DNA of 64,000 nt from an uncultured Chloroflexia bacterium (GCA_963814125.1 CAWFBR010000010.1:579083-643082), one strand, 5' to 3'; positions 1-11,746 are shown, counted from the stretch's first letter. The notes: generated from the letters alone by a model not told the origin. Program-made: numbers and translations.

Positions 1-671
1 TGCCCAGATCGCCGGTGGAGAAGAAGGCGGTCTTGACCTTCACGTTGGGGTTGTACGAGGCGGCGCCCAGCTCAAAGCCCTGCAGGTAACGGACGACCGC
101 GGGGTTGTTGTTGATCCCACCGAGCTGGCCGATCGTTCCGGTCTTGCTCACAGCGGCAGCAACGATGCCGGCGAGGTAGCCGGCCTGGTCTTCCTCGAAA
201 GTGACGCCGATCAGCTTGGGCAGCAGCTTCGAAGCGTCGCCCGCGCACTGGAAGGTGCTGTCCGGCGCACCGGAGGCGTCGACGCACGGGGCAACGTCCA
301 CGGCGATGAACCAGATGTCCGGGTTGGCCTTGGCGGCCTTGACGGTGGCATCGCCCAGGTTGAACCCGACCGTCACGATGATGTTGTAGCTCTTGTCGAC
401 GAAGCCCTGGATGTCGGCAGCGTAGTCGGAGGCATCCTTCGGCACGACGTACTCAGCCGTGGTCCCGAGGGTCGTCGCCGCGTTCTTCGCACCTTCATAC
501 GAGTACTGGTTGAAGTTCTTGTCCGTGATGGTGCCGACGTCGGTGACGACGCCTATCTTGAGAGCAGAACCGGTCACCGGAGTCGGCGAGCCGCTCGAAC
601 TCGAGCACGCGGAGACTACGAGAGCAGCCGCCGCCAACAGCGCAAACCCGTTTCGGAGCCTACCAGTCATT
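1..671 (-). CDS. BMP-family ABC transporter substrate-binding lipoprotein (Med/PnrA-like), 3' end cut by the window edge
   Basis: Own translation of the minus strand from the ATG at 669-671: MTGRLRNGFALLAAAALVVSAC... with a lipobox, then GVVTDVGTITDKNFNQYSYEG...IAVDV, typical of basic membrane protein/nucleoside-binding SBPs. RBS GGGAGAAGGG lies upstream. It is not in the ORF track because it runs off the edge. Confidence 0.6.
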
Positions 672-814
672 GACCCTTCTCCCTGCCGTGACAACTCCCG
701 AGGTTCTTGGACGAACCTCCTTATGCAGATTGTATATGTGGCCGGCACGGCGGTTGTCCACACGGACCAGGCGACGAGGTGGGCGACGAGCGTCCATGGA
801 TCAGCGCGTCGTGG

Positions 815-1720
815 CTACTCAGAGCCGGGCGTTGTTGCGGTCCCCCGGTCCGGTCGATACAGCTCGCGTCGATCGAGACCGGTGGCGGTGGCCACGTGGC
901 GGACGGCCTCTGAGCGCTTCATTCCGGATCCGACTAGACGCGCCACTTCGGCCCGTCCCTCCTCCATCGAGGGTCCGGCAGAAGCGGCCCGAGACGCCGA
1001 CTCGGCGGCCGTGACCGCCTCGACGACGATCGCGAACTCGCCCCGCAACGTGAGTCCGCCGGCCTCAGCACGCGCCGCCAGATCGCCCAACGGCCCCCGC
1101 ACCACCTCCTCGTGGAGCTTGGTCAGCTCGCGGCATATGGCCGCTCGGCGCTCCGGTCCTGCCGCTGCGGCCAGGTCGGCGAGAGTGGCGGGGACCCGAG
1201 ATGGAGCTTCGTAGACGACGCACGCCCGCTCGTCGGCGGCGATTCGAGCCAGTCTCTCGCGCCGCTCCCTGCCGCTGCGCGGCAAGAACCCCTCGAAGGT
1301 CCAGCGGGCTGCAGCCACTCCGCTCGCCACCAGCGCGGCCAGCACGGCCGACGCGCCGGGAATGGGCACGACGCGGCCACCCTCCCCCACCCAGGCCGAT
1401 ACCAGCTCCCCGCCCGGGTCGCTGACAAGTGGCGTGCCCGCGTCCGTGACGAGGGCCAGGTCCAGCCCGGACCGAAGGTGCGCGAGCAGCTCTCCCGTCC
1501 GGCCGGCCCCGCTCCGGGCGTGGTAGCTGACCAGGTGAGTGGGGATCTCGTAACGGGCGAAGAGCCGCCGCGTGAGGCGCGTGTCCTCGGCCGCCACGAG
1601 CGGTACCGTCCGCAGCACGTCGACGGCACGATGTGTCACGTCGCCGAGATTGCCGATGGGCGTGGCCACGACGTAGAGACTCCCGCCCGATGCCGCTCCG
1701 GCCACGCCGGCGCCGCTCAT
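815..1720 (-). CDS. rsmI: 16S rRNA (cytidine1402-2'-O)-methyltransferase
   Basis: 301-aa ORF with LYVVATPIGNLGDVT...AAEDTR...ELTKLHEE, the tetrapyrrole-methylase-like RsmI fold. Its 4-bp overlap with the upstream nadE stop indicates translational coupling. Confidence 0.85.
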   Translation of the reverse strand: MSGAGVAGAASGGSLYVVATPIGNLGDVTHRAVDVLRTVPLVAAEDTRLTRRLFARYEIPTHLVSYHARSGAGRTGELLAHLRSGLDLALVTDAGTPLVSDPGGELVSAWVGEGGRVVPIPGASAVLAALVASGVAAARWTFEGFLPRSGRERRERLARIAADERACVVYEAPSRVPATLADLAAAAGPERRAAICRELTKLHEEVVRGPLGDLAARAEAGGLTLRGEFAIVVEAVTAAESASRAASAGPSMEEGRAEVARLVGSGMKRSEAVRHVATATGLDRRELYRPDRGTATTPGSE

Positions 1721-2646
1721 CGCCGGGCCGAGCCGGGCCGCCGCCGCGGGTACAGGTAGTCCACGCCGGTGGTCCGCGGTCCAAGCTTGGCCACGGGCGG
1801 TACCTGGCGTTTGAATTCAGACGTCGCAATCAGCCGCTTGACCCGCTCCACTGTGGTCTCCGGAAAGCCCATCGCTGCCAGCTCCTCGTCGGTGCGACGC
1901 TTGTCGATCATCCAGAAGAGAAGCCGATCGAGCTCCGGATACGTGAAGCCGGCCTCGGCCTCGTCGGTCTGGCCGGGCCACAGGTCCGCGGAGGGCGCCT
2001 TGCGGATGATCTGCTCGGGCACGCCGACGGCTGCCGCGACCTGGCGGACCTGGCTCTTGTAGAGGTCACCGATCGGGTTGAAGGCGCAGGCCGAGTCGCC
2101 GAAGAGCGTCGTGTAGCCGATCAGAACTTCGGTCTTGTTGCCGGTACCCACGACCAGACCGCCCCACGTAACCGACCGGTCGTACAGGACGCACATCCGC
2201 TGGCGGGCCATGAAGTTGCCCCTGCGCAACTGGTTGGCTTCCAGGCCCTCAATCCCGGCCGCTCCGGGTTCCGGCTCGCGCCCGAAGTAGCCGTCGACCA
2301 TGGCGCTGATGTCAACAACCTCACTGGCGCAACCCAGCCGCTCGACGACCGTCCGGGCATCCTCGACGGACTCCGCGGAGGAGGCCCGAAACGGCATCAG
2401 GACGCACAGGAGACGCTCCGGCCCGATCGCTTCGGCGGCGAGGAAGGCCACGAGGGCGGAGTCGATACCGCCCGAGAGCCCCAGCAGGGCTCGGTCGAAA
2501 CCGGCCTGTCGCAACTGGTTCCGGATGAAGCCGACGGTGACTCGACGGGCGACATCGGCATCTATGGCCAGTTCCGGCGGAAGCTCGAAAAGCCGGCTCG
2601 GCGTCGACGCCGAACGTCCGGGATCGGCGTTCGCGTCGGGAGTCAT
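1717..2646 (-). CDS. nadE: NAD+ synthetase, synthetase subunit
   Basis: 309-aa ORF with GLSGGIDSA (PP-loop ATP pyrophosphatase), GYTTLFGD and KSQV motifs. Confidence 0.85.
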   Translation of the reverse strand: MTPDANADPGRSASTPSRLFELPPELAIDADVARRVTVGFIRNQLRQAGFDRALLGLSGGIDSALVAFLAAEAIGPERLLCVLMPFRASSAESVEDARTVVERLGCASEVVDISAMVDGYFGREPEPGAAGIEGLEANQLRRGNFMARQRMCVLYDRSVTWGGLVVGTGNKTEVLIGYTTLFGDSACAFNPIGDLYKSQVRQVAAAVGVPEQIIRKAPSADLWPGQTDEAEAGFTYPELDRLLFWMIDKRRTDEELAAMGFPETTVERVKRLIATSEFKRQVPPVAKLGPRTTGVDYLYPRRRPGSARR

Positions 2647-3608
2647 CGGGCCCCGGGCTTCCGGCCCTGAGACTTCGACTTCGAGCCCCGAGCCTTGGTC
2701 TTCGACCGCGGCTCGGCGGGCGGCGCGCTGGCCTGGTCGAGCGCCATCTCGGTTCGTTCGGCCAGGATGCGGCGCAGTTCGCGCAGATGCAGTTCGGGCC
2801 GTTCGTCACGCAGAAGAGGCAGGCCGATCCGCTCGCGCCTCACGTCGCCCAGTTCGATATCGACGAGGTACATGCCCTCGTCGAAGAGAGGCGCGCTGAA
2901 GACCGTCTCGCCGCTCGGCGACACCACCTCAGATCCGCCCCAGAAGCTGATCGTCTCGTCCATGCCGACGCGGTTGCAGAAGACGGTGAAGCAAGTGGTG
3001 AGCTGGGCATACGTCCGCATGAGCGTACGCCAGGACACCGCCGTGCCCAGCCCAACCTCGTTGATCGCGGCCAGGTCGCGCCCGGGCGAAGAGGAGACGT
3101 TGATCAGGATCTCCGCGCCGTCTAGGGCCAGCGTCTCGGGAACGGCCATGTGCCAGAAGTCCTCGCAAATGGCTATGCCGAGGCGGAATCCGAGACGAGA
3201 ATCCACCGCCCGCAGCAAATCCCCCGCTGCGAAGAAGCGACGCTCGTCGAAGAGGCCGTAGGTCGGCAGGAACAGCTTGCGGTGGATGAAACGGACCTCG
3301 CCGTCCTCCAGGAGCGCCGCGGCAATGAACAGCCGGTGGTCGTCCGCCTCCTCGACGAAAGAGACGATCGCCGACAGGTCCCTCGTTTCCGCCGCCAGAC
3401 CGAGGAGGCGCGGATCGTTCCGGCGAATCGCCACTTCAGCCGCCAGGTCCTGCAGCTGGTAGCCGGTCAGGCCGAGTTCGGGAAAGATCACCAGGCCGGC
3501 GCCGGCGTTCCTGGCGTCGGCGATCAAGCCGCGGTGGCGATCGAGGTTCTCCTCGAGGACGCCGAGTCGCGGCGCCAGCTGAGCCAGGGCAATGCGAAGC
3601 GGCTGCAC
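2643..3608 (-). CDS. Carbon-nitrogen hydrolase (nitrilase superfamily), likely the glutaminase partner of NadE
   Basis: FPELGLTGY (Glu), KLFLPTYG (Lys) and GIAICEDFW (Cys) form the CN-hydrolase triad. It sits directly upstream of nadE with a 4-bp overlap and has a Lys/Ser-rich C-terminal tail. Confidence 0.8.
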   Translation of the reverse strand: MQPLRIALAQLAPRLGVLEENLDRHRGLIADARNAGAGLVIFPELGLTGYQLQDLAAEVAIRRNDPRLLGLAAETRDLSAIVSFVEEADDHRLFIAAALLEDGEVRFIHRKLFLPTYGLFDERRFFAAGDLLRAVDSRLGFRLGIAICEDFWHMAVPETLALDGAEILINVSSSPGRDLAAINEVGLGTAVSWRTLMRTYAQLTTCFTVFCNRVGMDETISFWGGSEVVSPSGETVFSAPLFDEGMYLVDIELGDVRRERIGLPLLRDERPELHLRELRRILAERTEMALDQASAPPAEPRSKTKARGSKSKSQGRKPGAR

Positions 3609-3617
3609 GAGTTGAGT

Positions 3618-4855
3618 CTAGCTTCGGTCCCGCCGTCGCGGAGCCTGTCCCTGGGGGGCGCTCGGGCTGGGCGGGAGTGCGCTTGGCCGCGGCGGGACAG
3701 CACCCGATTTCGGAGCAGACGACGTGGCCGGTCTGGTTGTCACGGACCCGGCCGAGCCTTCGCCCGAGATCTGGAGAACCTGCTCGGGGGATCCATCCAC
3801 CTCTTCCGCGTAGTGGCACGCGACCGCATGGCCGGTCGACATCTCGCGAAGGATGGGCGCCTCGGCAACGCATCGCTCGGGATTGCCAAGCCGTGTCCGG
3901 AGCCAGCAGCGGGTGTGGAAATGGCAGCCCGCCGGCGGGTTCGAAGGGCTTGGGACGTCGCCGGTGAGGATGATCCGCCTGCGGCGACCCTCGATCACCG
4001 GATCCGGGATCGGCACCGCGGAGAGCAAGGCCACCGAGTACGGATGAAGCGGCCGCTCGTACAACTCGTGCGAGGTCGCGGTCTCGACGAGACGGCCCAG
4101 GTACATCACCGCGATGCGGTCGCTGATGTGGCGGACGACCGACAAGTCGTGGGCGATGAAGAGGTAGGTCAGCCCGAACTCGCCCTGCAGCCGCTCCAGC
4201 AGATTGATGATCTGGGCCTGGATCGAAACGTCGAGGGCGCTGATCGGCTCGTCCGCCACGATCAGGTCCGGGTGGAGCGCCAGAGCTCGGGCTACACCGA
4301 TCCGCTGGCGCTGGCCGCCACTAAACTCGTGGGGGAAGCGATCGCCGTAGTCCGGGTCGAGACCGACCGTCGCAAGCAGATCGCGGACCCGCTGCCGGCG
4401 CTCCGAACCCGTCCCCACGCCGTGGATCTCGAGCGGCTCGGAGACGATCCCGGCAGCCGTCATGCGCGGATTCAGGCTGGCGTACGGATCCTGGAAGATC
4501 ATCTGCATCCGTCGCCGGACGCTCCTCAGGGCCGAACCTTCGAAGGTGGTGATTTCCTCGCCTTCGAAAACGACGTGTCCACTGGTCGGGCGGTACAGGC
4601 GCAGGATGGCCCGCCCGACGGTGCTCTTGCCGCAACCCGATTCGCCGACCAGGCCGACGGTTTCCCCCTTCTTGATCGAGAGCGAGACGCCGTCGACTGC
4701 CCGGACGTCACCGACGTGGCGGCTGATCAGGACTCCCTTCGTGATCGGGAAGTACATCTTCAGGTCGGTTATCTCGAGCAGGGGCCGCCCCGTATCGGCA
4801 GCGCTCGCGGAGTCGGCGAGGCCTGGCATGGCGGAGAACTCGCCCACCGAACCGG

Positions 4856-4859
<4 letters not shown>
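3618..4859 (-). CDS. Oligopeptide/dipeptide ABC transporter ATP-binding protein (OppF/DppF-like), operon 1
   Basis: Walker [10 protein letters not shown], signature LSGGQRQR, Walker [13 protein letters not shown], and the C-terminal oligopeptide-ABC Cys motif CHFHTRC. Confidence 0.85.
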
Positions 4860-5932
<1,073 letters not shown>

Positions 5933-5938
5933 CTTCGG

Positions 5939-6832
5939 TTACCGCTTCAAGCGTGGGTCGAGAGCTTCGCGCAGGCCGTCGCCGAGGAGGTTGAAACCGA
6001 TGGCGCTGATCACAATCGCGGCTCCGGGAAACAGAATCAGGTACGGCGCGTTCTGCAGGAATCGGGCCGAATCGGTGAGCATCTCACCCCACTCCGCAAC
6101 TCGCGGGTCACCCGGTCCCAGGCCCAGGAATCCCAGCCCGGCGACGTCGATGATGGCCGTCGCAGCGGCAAGAGTGGCTTGGACGATCAACGGGGTGAGG
6201 GCGTTTGGAAGCATGTGGCGGAGCAGGATGCGCACCGGCGACGCGCCCATCGATCTGGCCGCGATGACATAGTCCGACTCGCGGAGGGCCAGCAGACTGC
6301 CCCGCAGCAAGCGGGCGAAGATGGGCGCGTAGGAAATGCCGACCGCCAGCACGATCTGGATCTCCCCGTGCCCCAACCAGGCGACGATGCCGATGGCGAG
6401 CAGGATACCGGGGACGGCGAGCAGGACGTCGATGATGCGCATCAGAACGCCGTCGACGACCCCGCCTGCCCCGCCCGCGATCGCCCCGATCAGGACGCCG
6501 CCGACGAGCCCGAAGGAGACGGCCGTTATGCCCACGGTCAGGCTGATCCGGGCTCCGTAGAGGACACGGCTGTACTCATCGCAACCCTGCAGATCCGTGC
6601 CCATGATGTGAGCCGGGCTCGGACCGCGTATGCCTTCCGAGAGCACGCAGGCCGTGGGACTGTACGGCGCGATGATCGGCGCCAGGATGGCGGCCACCAC
6701 GAAGATGGCAATGAACACGATTCCGACGACCGCGGGGCCGTTGCGCATCAGGCGCCGTGCGGCGTCGTGCCACAGCCCCCGACTGATCCGCCGGATAGGC
6801 ACGACCTCGACCGTGTCGGGCAGGCTGGCCAT
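5939..6832 (-). CDS. ABC transporter permease (OppC/DppC-like), operon 1
   Basis: Multi-TM protein carrying the binding-protein-dependent transport signature (EAA-like loop ...SMGASPVRILLRHMLPNAL...). Confidence 0.85.
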   Translation of the reverse strand: MASLPDTVEVVPIRRISRGLWHDAARRLMRNGPAVVGIVFIAIFVVAAILAPIIAPYSPTACVLSEGIRGPSPAHIMGTDLQGCDEYSRVLYGARISLTVGITAVSFGLVGGVLIGAIAGGAGGVVDGVLMRIIDVLLAVPGILLAIGIVAWLGHGEIQIVLAVGISYAPIFARLLRGSLLALRESDYVIAARSMGASPVRILLRHMLPNALTPLIVQATLAAATAIIDVAGLGFLGLGPGDPRVAEWGEMLTDSARFLQNAPYLILFPGAAIVISAIGFNLLGDGLREALDPRLKR

Positions 6833-6833
6833 C

Positions 6834-7838
6834 TCAGCTGTACCTGATCCGCGGGTTGAGGAAGGCGTAGCCCACGTCCACGATCAGGTTCACGGTCAGA
6901 AAGATCGTCGCGAAAATGAGGATGAGCGACTGGACGACGATGTAGTCATGATTCTGGATCGAGCTGACGACCCACGAGCCGACGCCGTTCCAGGAGAAGA
7001 CCGTCTCGGTCAGCACGGCGCCCGCCAGGAGCGTCCCGACCTGGAGTCCGATGACCGTCGTGACCGGCAACCAGGCGTTGCGCATGATGTGGCGGCTGTT
7101 GACGCGCCGATCGGTGAGGCCCTTCGCTCGAGCCGTTCGGACGTAATCCTCGTTGCTGACGTCGATGACCGAAGCCCGTGTGATCCTCGTGATCACGGCC
7201 AGCGGGATGGAGCCGAGAGCGATCGAAGGTAGTACCAGATGTGAGACGGCGTCCACGACGTACCAGTTGCCGGCCAGGATCGCGTCGACGATCGCGAGAT
7301 GAGTGACTGGTTGGACGTTCAGACGCGGATCGATCTGACCGAAAGCCGGCAGCCAGTGCAGCTCGACGCCGAAGAAGAACACGAGGGTGTACCCGAGGAC
7401 GAAGACCGGAATCGAGATCCCGAACAGCGAGATGACGGTCACGATGCCGTCGACCCAGCTGTTGGGGTGTCGGGCTGCCATCCGGCCCAGCGGAATGCCC
7501 AGGCCGATGGCGAAGATCAAGGCTCCAATCGTGAGCTCTACGGTGGCCGGGAATCTGACCGCGAAAGTATCGGCAACCGAGCGGCCGTCGATGAAGCTCG
7601 AGCCGAAATCACCGTGGAGCAACCGACCCAGGTAATCCAGGTACTGGACGTAGATGGGCTTGTCGAATCCCTGGGTCTGACTGATCTGGGCCACGAGCTG
7701 CGGCGTGGCGTGCTGTCCGAGGATCGCCTCGGCCGGGCCGCCGCCCGGAAGCAGTCGGAGAAACAAGAAGAGGATGACCGACAGGCCAAAGAGCACCGGG
7801 ACCGCCCCGAGCACTCTTCGGACGATGAACCTGAGCAC
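6834..7838 (-). CDS. ABC transporter permease (OppB/DppB-like), operon 1
   Basis: Start MLRFIVRRVLGAVPVLFGLS is the typical OppB N-terminus; ARAKGL...RHIMRNA is the EAA loop. Confidence 0.85.
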   Translation of the reverse strand: MLRFIVRRVLGAVPVLFGLSVILFLFLRLLPGGGPAEAILGQHATPQLVAQISQTQGFDKPIYVQYLDYLGRLLHGDFGSSFIDGRSVADTFAVRFPATVELTIGALIFAIGLGIPLGRMAARHPNSWVDGIVTVISLFGISIPVFVLGYTLVFFFGVELHWLPAFGQIDPRLNVQPVTHLAIVDAILAGNWYVVDAVSHLVLPSIALGSIPLAVITRITRASVIDVSNEDYVRTARAKGLTDRRVNSRHIMRNAWLPVTTVIGLQVGTLLAGAVLTETVFSWNGVGSWVVSSIQNHDYIVVQSLILIFATIFLTVNLIVDVGYAFLNPRIRYS

Positions 7839-7986
7839 GAGGGAGGCATTCCTCCGGTGGTAAAGGTCCCCCGGGGTCTTTCGACCCCGGGGGAGTGATT
7901 GGGCCGATCTTACAGCCCCCGTTGGGGCCGGGTGAGGCCGTCAGCCTTCGCGGAAACGTCGCCCGGAAGCGAGCTCCGCATCGAGG

Positions 7987-9651
7987 CTACTGGGAGAGGG
8001 TGACCGTATTGAAGTACTCGATCCCGTTGCCTGAACCGACGAAACCATGGACCTTCGCCGAATAGGCACCCGGGGGTGTCGAGTTGACGATCGGAACCGC
8101 AGGCATGTCGGCGGCCAGGAGATCCTGGACCTGGCCCCAGTCCGCGTTCGCCGCGTCGACCGTGGGCTCGCCCAGAGCCTTCAGCATCAGCGCGTTCGCC
8201 TGGTCGTTCTTCCACCCGAACTGGAGATTCGGCTCGCCGTTCTGATAGCCGAACCAGGCCGTGTAGAGGAAGTTGTCGGCGCCCGCCCAGTCGCAGGTCC
8301 AGCCGAAGAGATACAGCGGCAGCTTGCCGTTGGTGGCGTCGCTGACGTAGCCGCCGTGCCAGTCCTCGGTCTTGAGGGTGACGGTGAAACCGACGGCCGT
8401 GAGGTCGTTGGCCATGGCCGTGGCGATGCCCTTGGGATCCGGCATGTACGGCCGGACGACGTTCGAGGGGTAGTACAGGTCGATGTTGAGGTCGGCGCCG
8501 GTCACGCCGGAGGCGGCGAGGCTGGCCTTGGCTGCGTTGACGTCGTAGGCCGGCAGGGTCTCAGCCTTGAAGCCGGCGGTCGCCGGCGGCATGAAGCCGC
8601 TCGGAACCTTGCCGAGGCCGGCGTAGAACGCGTCCACGTAGCTTTGCTTGTTCACGGCCTGGGCCAGCGCAAGGCGGACGTCCTTGTTGGCGTAGATCGT
8701 CGGCGTGCCACCGACGCTCTGGTTTATGTCCAGATTGAGCTGGTTGCAGGACTCACCGCGGTCGATGATGGTGAGCCCGGAGTCCTTGGCCGTGGTCACA
8801 TCGAGGGGCGAAATCGAGAAGGCCAGGTCGATACCGCCAGCCTGGAGAGCCTGGAGCTTGGCCGTCGAATCGCCCATGGGCTTGAAGGTGATCTGATCGA
8901 GCTGGGCCGCGCCAGCGGCATCCCAGTAGTTGGGGTTCTTGACGAGCGTGACGTGGTCGGTCGGGACCCAGTCCTTGAATATGAACGGACCTGTGCCCAC
9001 CATGTCCTCGCCCTGTGCGAGCTGACCCTGGGCGTACTTGTTGTCGGTGATCGGCGTCGTGTCGGCGTTGCCCTTCTGAAGGGCCGCGGGGCTCTCGATC
9101 CCGAAGACCTGAAGGGTGGACGCGAGCAGGAAGTTCGACTGCGGCGCCTTGAGGGTGAAGACGACGGTCGTGTCGTTCGGGGCGTCGACTGAGGCGATGT
9201 TGGAGGCGTCACCGAAGCCGCCGAAGACGGCGCCGTAGTAGTAGGCGTTGTCCTGCAGGTCGCCCTTCGGGAAGTTCTTCCAGCGGTCGTAATTGAACTT
9301 GACCGCGGCCGCGTTGAAGTCGGTGCCGTCGTGGAACTTGATGCCGGTCCGAAGTGTGAAGGTGTAGGTCTTGCCGTCAGAGCTGACGGTCGGCAGGTCG
9401 GACGCGAGCACAGGAATCACGTCACTGATCGTGCCCGGCTTGAGGCCGACGAGGCCCTGCACGACCTGAGCGGCGACGTAGAGCGAGTTGCCGTCGCTCA
9501 CGAGCGCCGGATCGGCGAACACCATGTCGCCGTCGAGCCCGACCACGAGGGTCCCACCGGAGGCCGGCGCCGGCGAGTTACTGCTGCTGCTGCTGCTGCA
9601 GGCCGTGGCCACGAGCGCAGCGATGGCCAATAGCGAAGCCAAACGTTTCAT
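7987..9651 (-). CDS. ABC transporter substrate-binding lipoprotein, family 5 (peptide/nickel/oligosaccharide type), operon 1 SBP-b
   Basis: Start moved to the internal ATG (MKRLASLLAIAALVATAC lipobox), which has RBS GGGAGAG upstream. The protein is about 554 aa with the SBP_bac_5 fold and is paralogous to the adjacent 9891-11570 gene. Confidence 0.8.
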   Translation of the reverse strand: MKRLASLLAIAALVATACSSSSSSNSPAPASGGTLVVGLDGDMVFADPALVSDGNSLYVAAQVVQGLVGLKPGTISDVIPVLASDLPTVSSDGKTYTFTLRTGIKFHDGTDFNAAAVKFNYDRWKNFPKGDLQDNAYYYGAVFGGFGDASNIASVDAPNDTTVVFTLKAPQSNFLLASTLQVFGIESPAALQKGNADTTPITDNKYAQGQLAQGEDMVGTGPFIFKDWVPTDHVTLVKNPNYWDAAGAAQLDQITFKPMGDSTAKLQALQAGGIDLAFSISPLDVTTAKDSGLTIIDRGESCNQLNLDINQSVGGTPTIYANKDVRLALAQAVNKQSYVDAFYAGLGKVPSGFMPPATAGFKAETLPAYDVNAAKASLAASGVTGADLNIDLYYPSNVVRPYMPDPKGIATAMANDLTAVGFTVTLKTEDWHGGYVSDATNGKLPLYLFGWTCDWAGADNFLYTAWFGYQNGEPNLQFGWKNDQANALMLKALGEPTVDAANADWGQVQDLLAADMPAVPIVNSTPPGAYSAKVHGFVGSGNGIEYFNTVTLSQ

Positions 9652-9890
9652 GTTCTCTCCCTTTCCTTTCACTTCCATTGCCCGGGGAAGGCACGCCAAC
9701 TGGTTGGGCAGCCCGTCGGAACCTCGACTTTGTGTCCGAATACCTCTCCCGGGATTGGTGTCGTGAAGTGATTGGCGACAGCGTATGCCAGTTCCTCGGC
9801 GTTGTCACAAGCGACCACAGAGTGAAGCGGACGGCCGGCGACCGTTTGCCTGGACTACCGCAGTGGGAGTCCCGCCGGTCCAGCCCGAGC

Positions 9891-11570
9891 TTACTTGTTC
9901 AGCCACACCGAGCTGAGGCTCTCGATCCCGCTGCCGGACCCGACAAAACCAACGACGTAGTCCTGTGCGCCGGCCGGCCGCAGAGCGTCGAGAAGTGGGA
10001 GCGTGGGCATGTCGTTGGCGATCAGATCCTGCGCCTTGTACCAGCTGGATTGGACGACGGCCGGGTCGACGGCCGAGAGGGCGGTTGTCATGGCTGTGTT
10101 CAGATCGTCGTTCAGGTAGTTGAACTCCGGATTCGGGACCCCGTTGACATACCGGAAGAGACCCGTGCTGAGGAAGTCGTCAGGTCCGCCCCAGAGGCAC
10201 GTCCGCCCGGACAGCCACATCTGGAGCTTGCCGCTCGCCTGATCCGACTCGTAGTTCGGCAAGAGCGCCTCGGTCTTGAGGTTGACCGTGAACCCGACGG
10301 TCTGGAGATCCTCGGCAATCGCCTGTGCCAGACCGTGCGGGTCCGGCAGCGACACCGTCGCCGCATCTGAGGGATACCAAAGATCGAGAGTCAATCCGGC
10401 GCCCGCTAGCCCGGATTGGGCCACATAGCTCCGTGCCCTGGTGACGTCGTGCGATGGAAGATACTCCCGCTTGAAGTACTGGGCCGCCGCGGGCATCCAA
10501 TTGTCGGCCACGGATCCTTCGCCGGCGTAGAAAGCGTTGATGTAGGACTGCTTCTCGACAGCAGCGGCGAGAGCAAATCGGATGCTCTTGTTCGCGAGGG
10601 GATTCGGCTGATCGTTGATCGTGGCCGCGTTGTTCATGTAGATCCCGGCGGTCGTGCAGGACGTGCCCGAATGGAGGACACGGAGACCGGATGCGGCCCG
10701 AACCGTGTTGACCGTGGCGGGATCGAGCGTCCCGATGAGGTCGACCGCACCGCTCTGGAGGGCTTCGAGTCGAGCGGCGGGGTCCGGGTACGGCCTGAAG
10801 ACGATCTGATCCAGGTAGGGCCGGCCCGCCGCGTTCCAGTAGCTGGCGTTCTTCACCAGAGTCACCTGGTCGTTGGGCTTCCAGTCGCTGAACGCAAACG
10901 GCCCGGTGCCGACCATGGCCTTGCCCTGCCCCCCCTGTCCGAGAGCATACGGATTGTTGCTCAGGCTTGGGTTGTTGCCGTCGTTTGCCTGAATGGATGT
11001 GGGGCTCAGGATGCCGAACGCCGGGCCGGTCTGGCTCAGCAAGAAGTTGCTCTGCGGGGCGCGTAGCTTGATTACGACCGTCGCGCTGTCGGGCGCTTCC
11101 ACCGAGGCGACGTTCGAGGCATCGCCGAAGCCACCGAAAGCGGCCGCGTAATAGGTGGCGTGGTCCTGCAGATCGCCCTTGGGAAAGTCCTTCCAGCGGT
11201 CGTAGTTGAACCCCACCGACGCCGCGTCGAAGTCGGTGCCATCGTGGAACTTGATGCCGGCGCGAAGCTTGAAGGTGTAGGCCAGACCGTCCGGGCTGAC
11301 CGTCGGCAGGGCGGAGGCAAGAACCGGAACCACCTCGCTGATCGTGCCCGGCTTGAGGCCCACCAAACCCTCGACCACCTGGCTGGCAACGAACATCGAG
11401 CTCTCGTCGCTTACGAGAGCGGGGTCCGCGTAGACCATGTCGGCGCCGATCGCGACCGAGAGGGTGCCGCCGGACTTGGGGACTGACCCCGGAGGCGGCG
11501 TGCTCGAGCCGCTCCCACACGCCGAGGCCGCAAGGGCGGCAGCGGCGAGCAACGAGGCCAGACGCTTCAT
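9891..11570 (-). CDS. ABC transporter substrate-binding lipoprotein, family 5, operon 1 SBP-a
   Basis: Start at MKRLASLLAAAALAASAC with RBS AGGGAG. It shares long blocks with 7987-9651 (GGTL.V..G.DMV.ADPALVSD...QVV.GLVGLKPGTIS.V.PVLAS.LPTVS.DG..YTF.LR.GIKFHDGTDF). Confidence 0.8.
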   Translation of the reverse strand: MKRLASLLAAAALAASACGSGSSTPPPGSVPKSGGTLSVAIGADMVYADPALVSDESSMFVASQVVEGLVGLKPGTISEVVPVLASALPTVSPDGLAYTFKLRAGIKFHDGTDFDAASVGFNYDRWKDFPKGDLQDHATYYAAAFGGFGDASNVASVEAPDSATVVIKLRAPQSNFLLSQTGPAFGILSPTSIQANDGNNPSLSNNPYALGQGGQGKAMVGTGPFAFSDWKPNDQVTLVKNASYWNAAGRPYLDQIVFRPYPDPAARLEALQSGAVDLIGTLDPATVNTVRAASGLRVLHSGTSCTTAGIYMNNAATINDQPNPLANKSIRFALAAAVEKQSYINAFYAGEGSVADNWMPAAAQYFKREYLPSHDVTRARSYVAQSGLAGAGLTLDLWYPSDAATVSLPDPHGLAQAIAEDLQTVGFTVNLKTEALLPNYESDQASGKLQMWLSGRTCLWGGPDDFLSTGLFRYVNGVPNPEFNYLNDDLNTAMTTALSAVDPAVVQSSWYKAQDLIANDMPTLPLLDALRPAGAQDYVVGFVGSGSGIESLSSVWLNK

Positions 11571-11613
11571 TTCTGCTCCCTTCATCCTGTTTGCCCTCTC
11601 CCGGTGCACACGA

Positions 11614-11629
11614 CTGTCAAGCTGGACAG
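11614..11629 (-). promoter_or_regulatory. Palindrome CTGTCcagcttGACAG overlapping a TTGACA -35-like hexamer upstream of ABC operon 1
   Basis: Perfect 5-bp inverted arms about 45 nt upstream of the SBP start at 11570; a candidate operator. Confidence 0.3.
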
Positions 11630-11731
11630 CAACAGTCGGGTCCCTCGTCGGTTCGGTCAGCTATTTGCGCAATCGGCGAGGTGGATCTTCGCAAGTCTCG
11701 CCGGCGATATCAAATCGGGCCACTGGTCCAG

Positions 11732-11746
11732 CCCCGAATGACGGGG
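11732..11746 (-). terminator. GC-rich stem-loop (CCCCG-tcatt-CGGGG) immediately after the operon 2 stop
   Basis: Hairpin 5 nt downstream of the last ATPase stop of operon 2, with no U-tract; a possible intrinsic terminator between the two operons. Confidence 0.3.
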
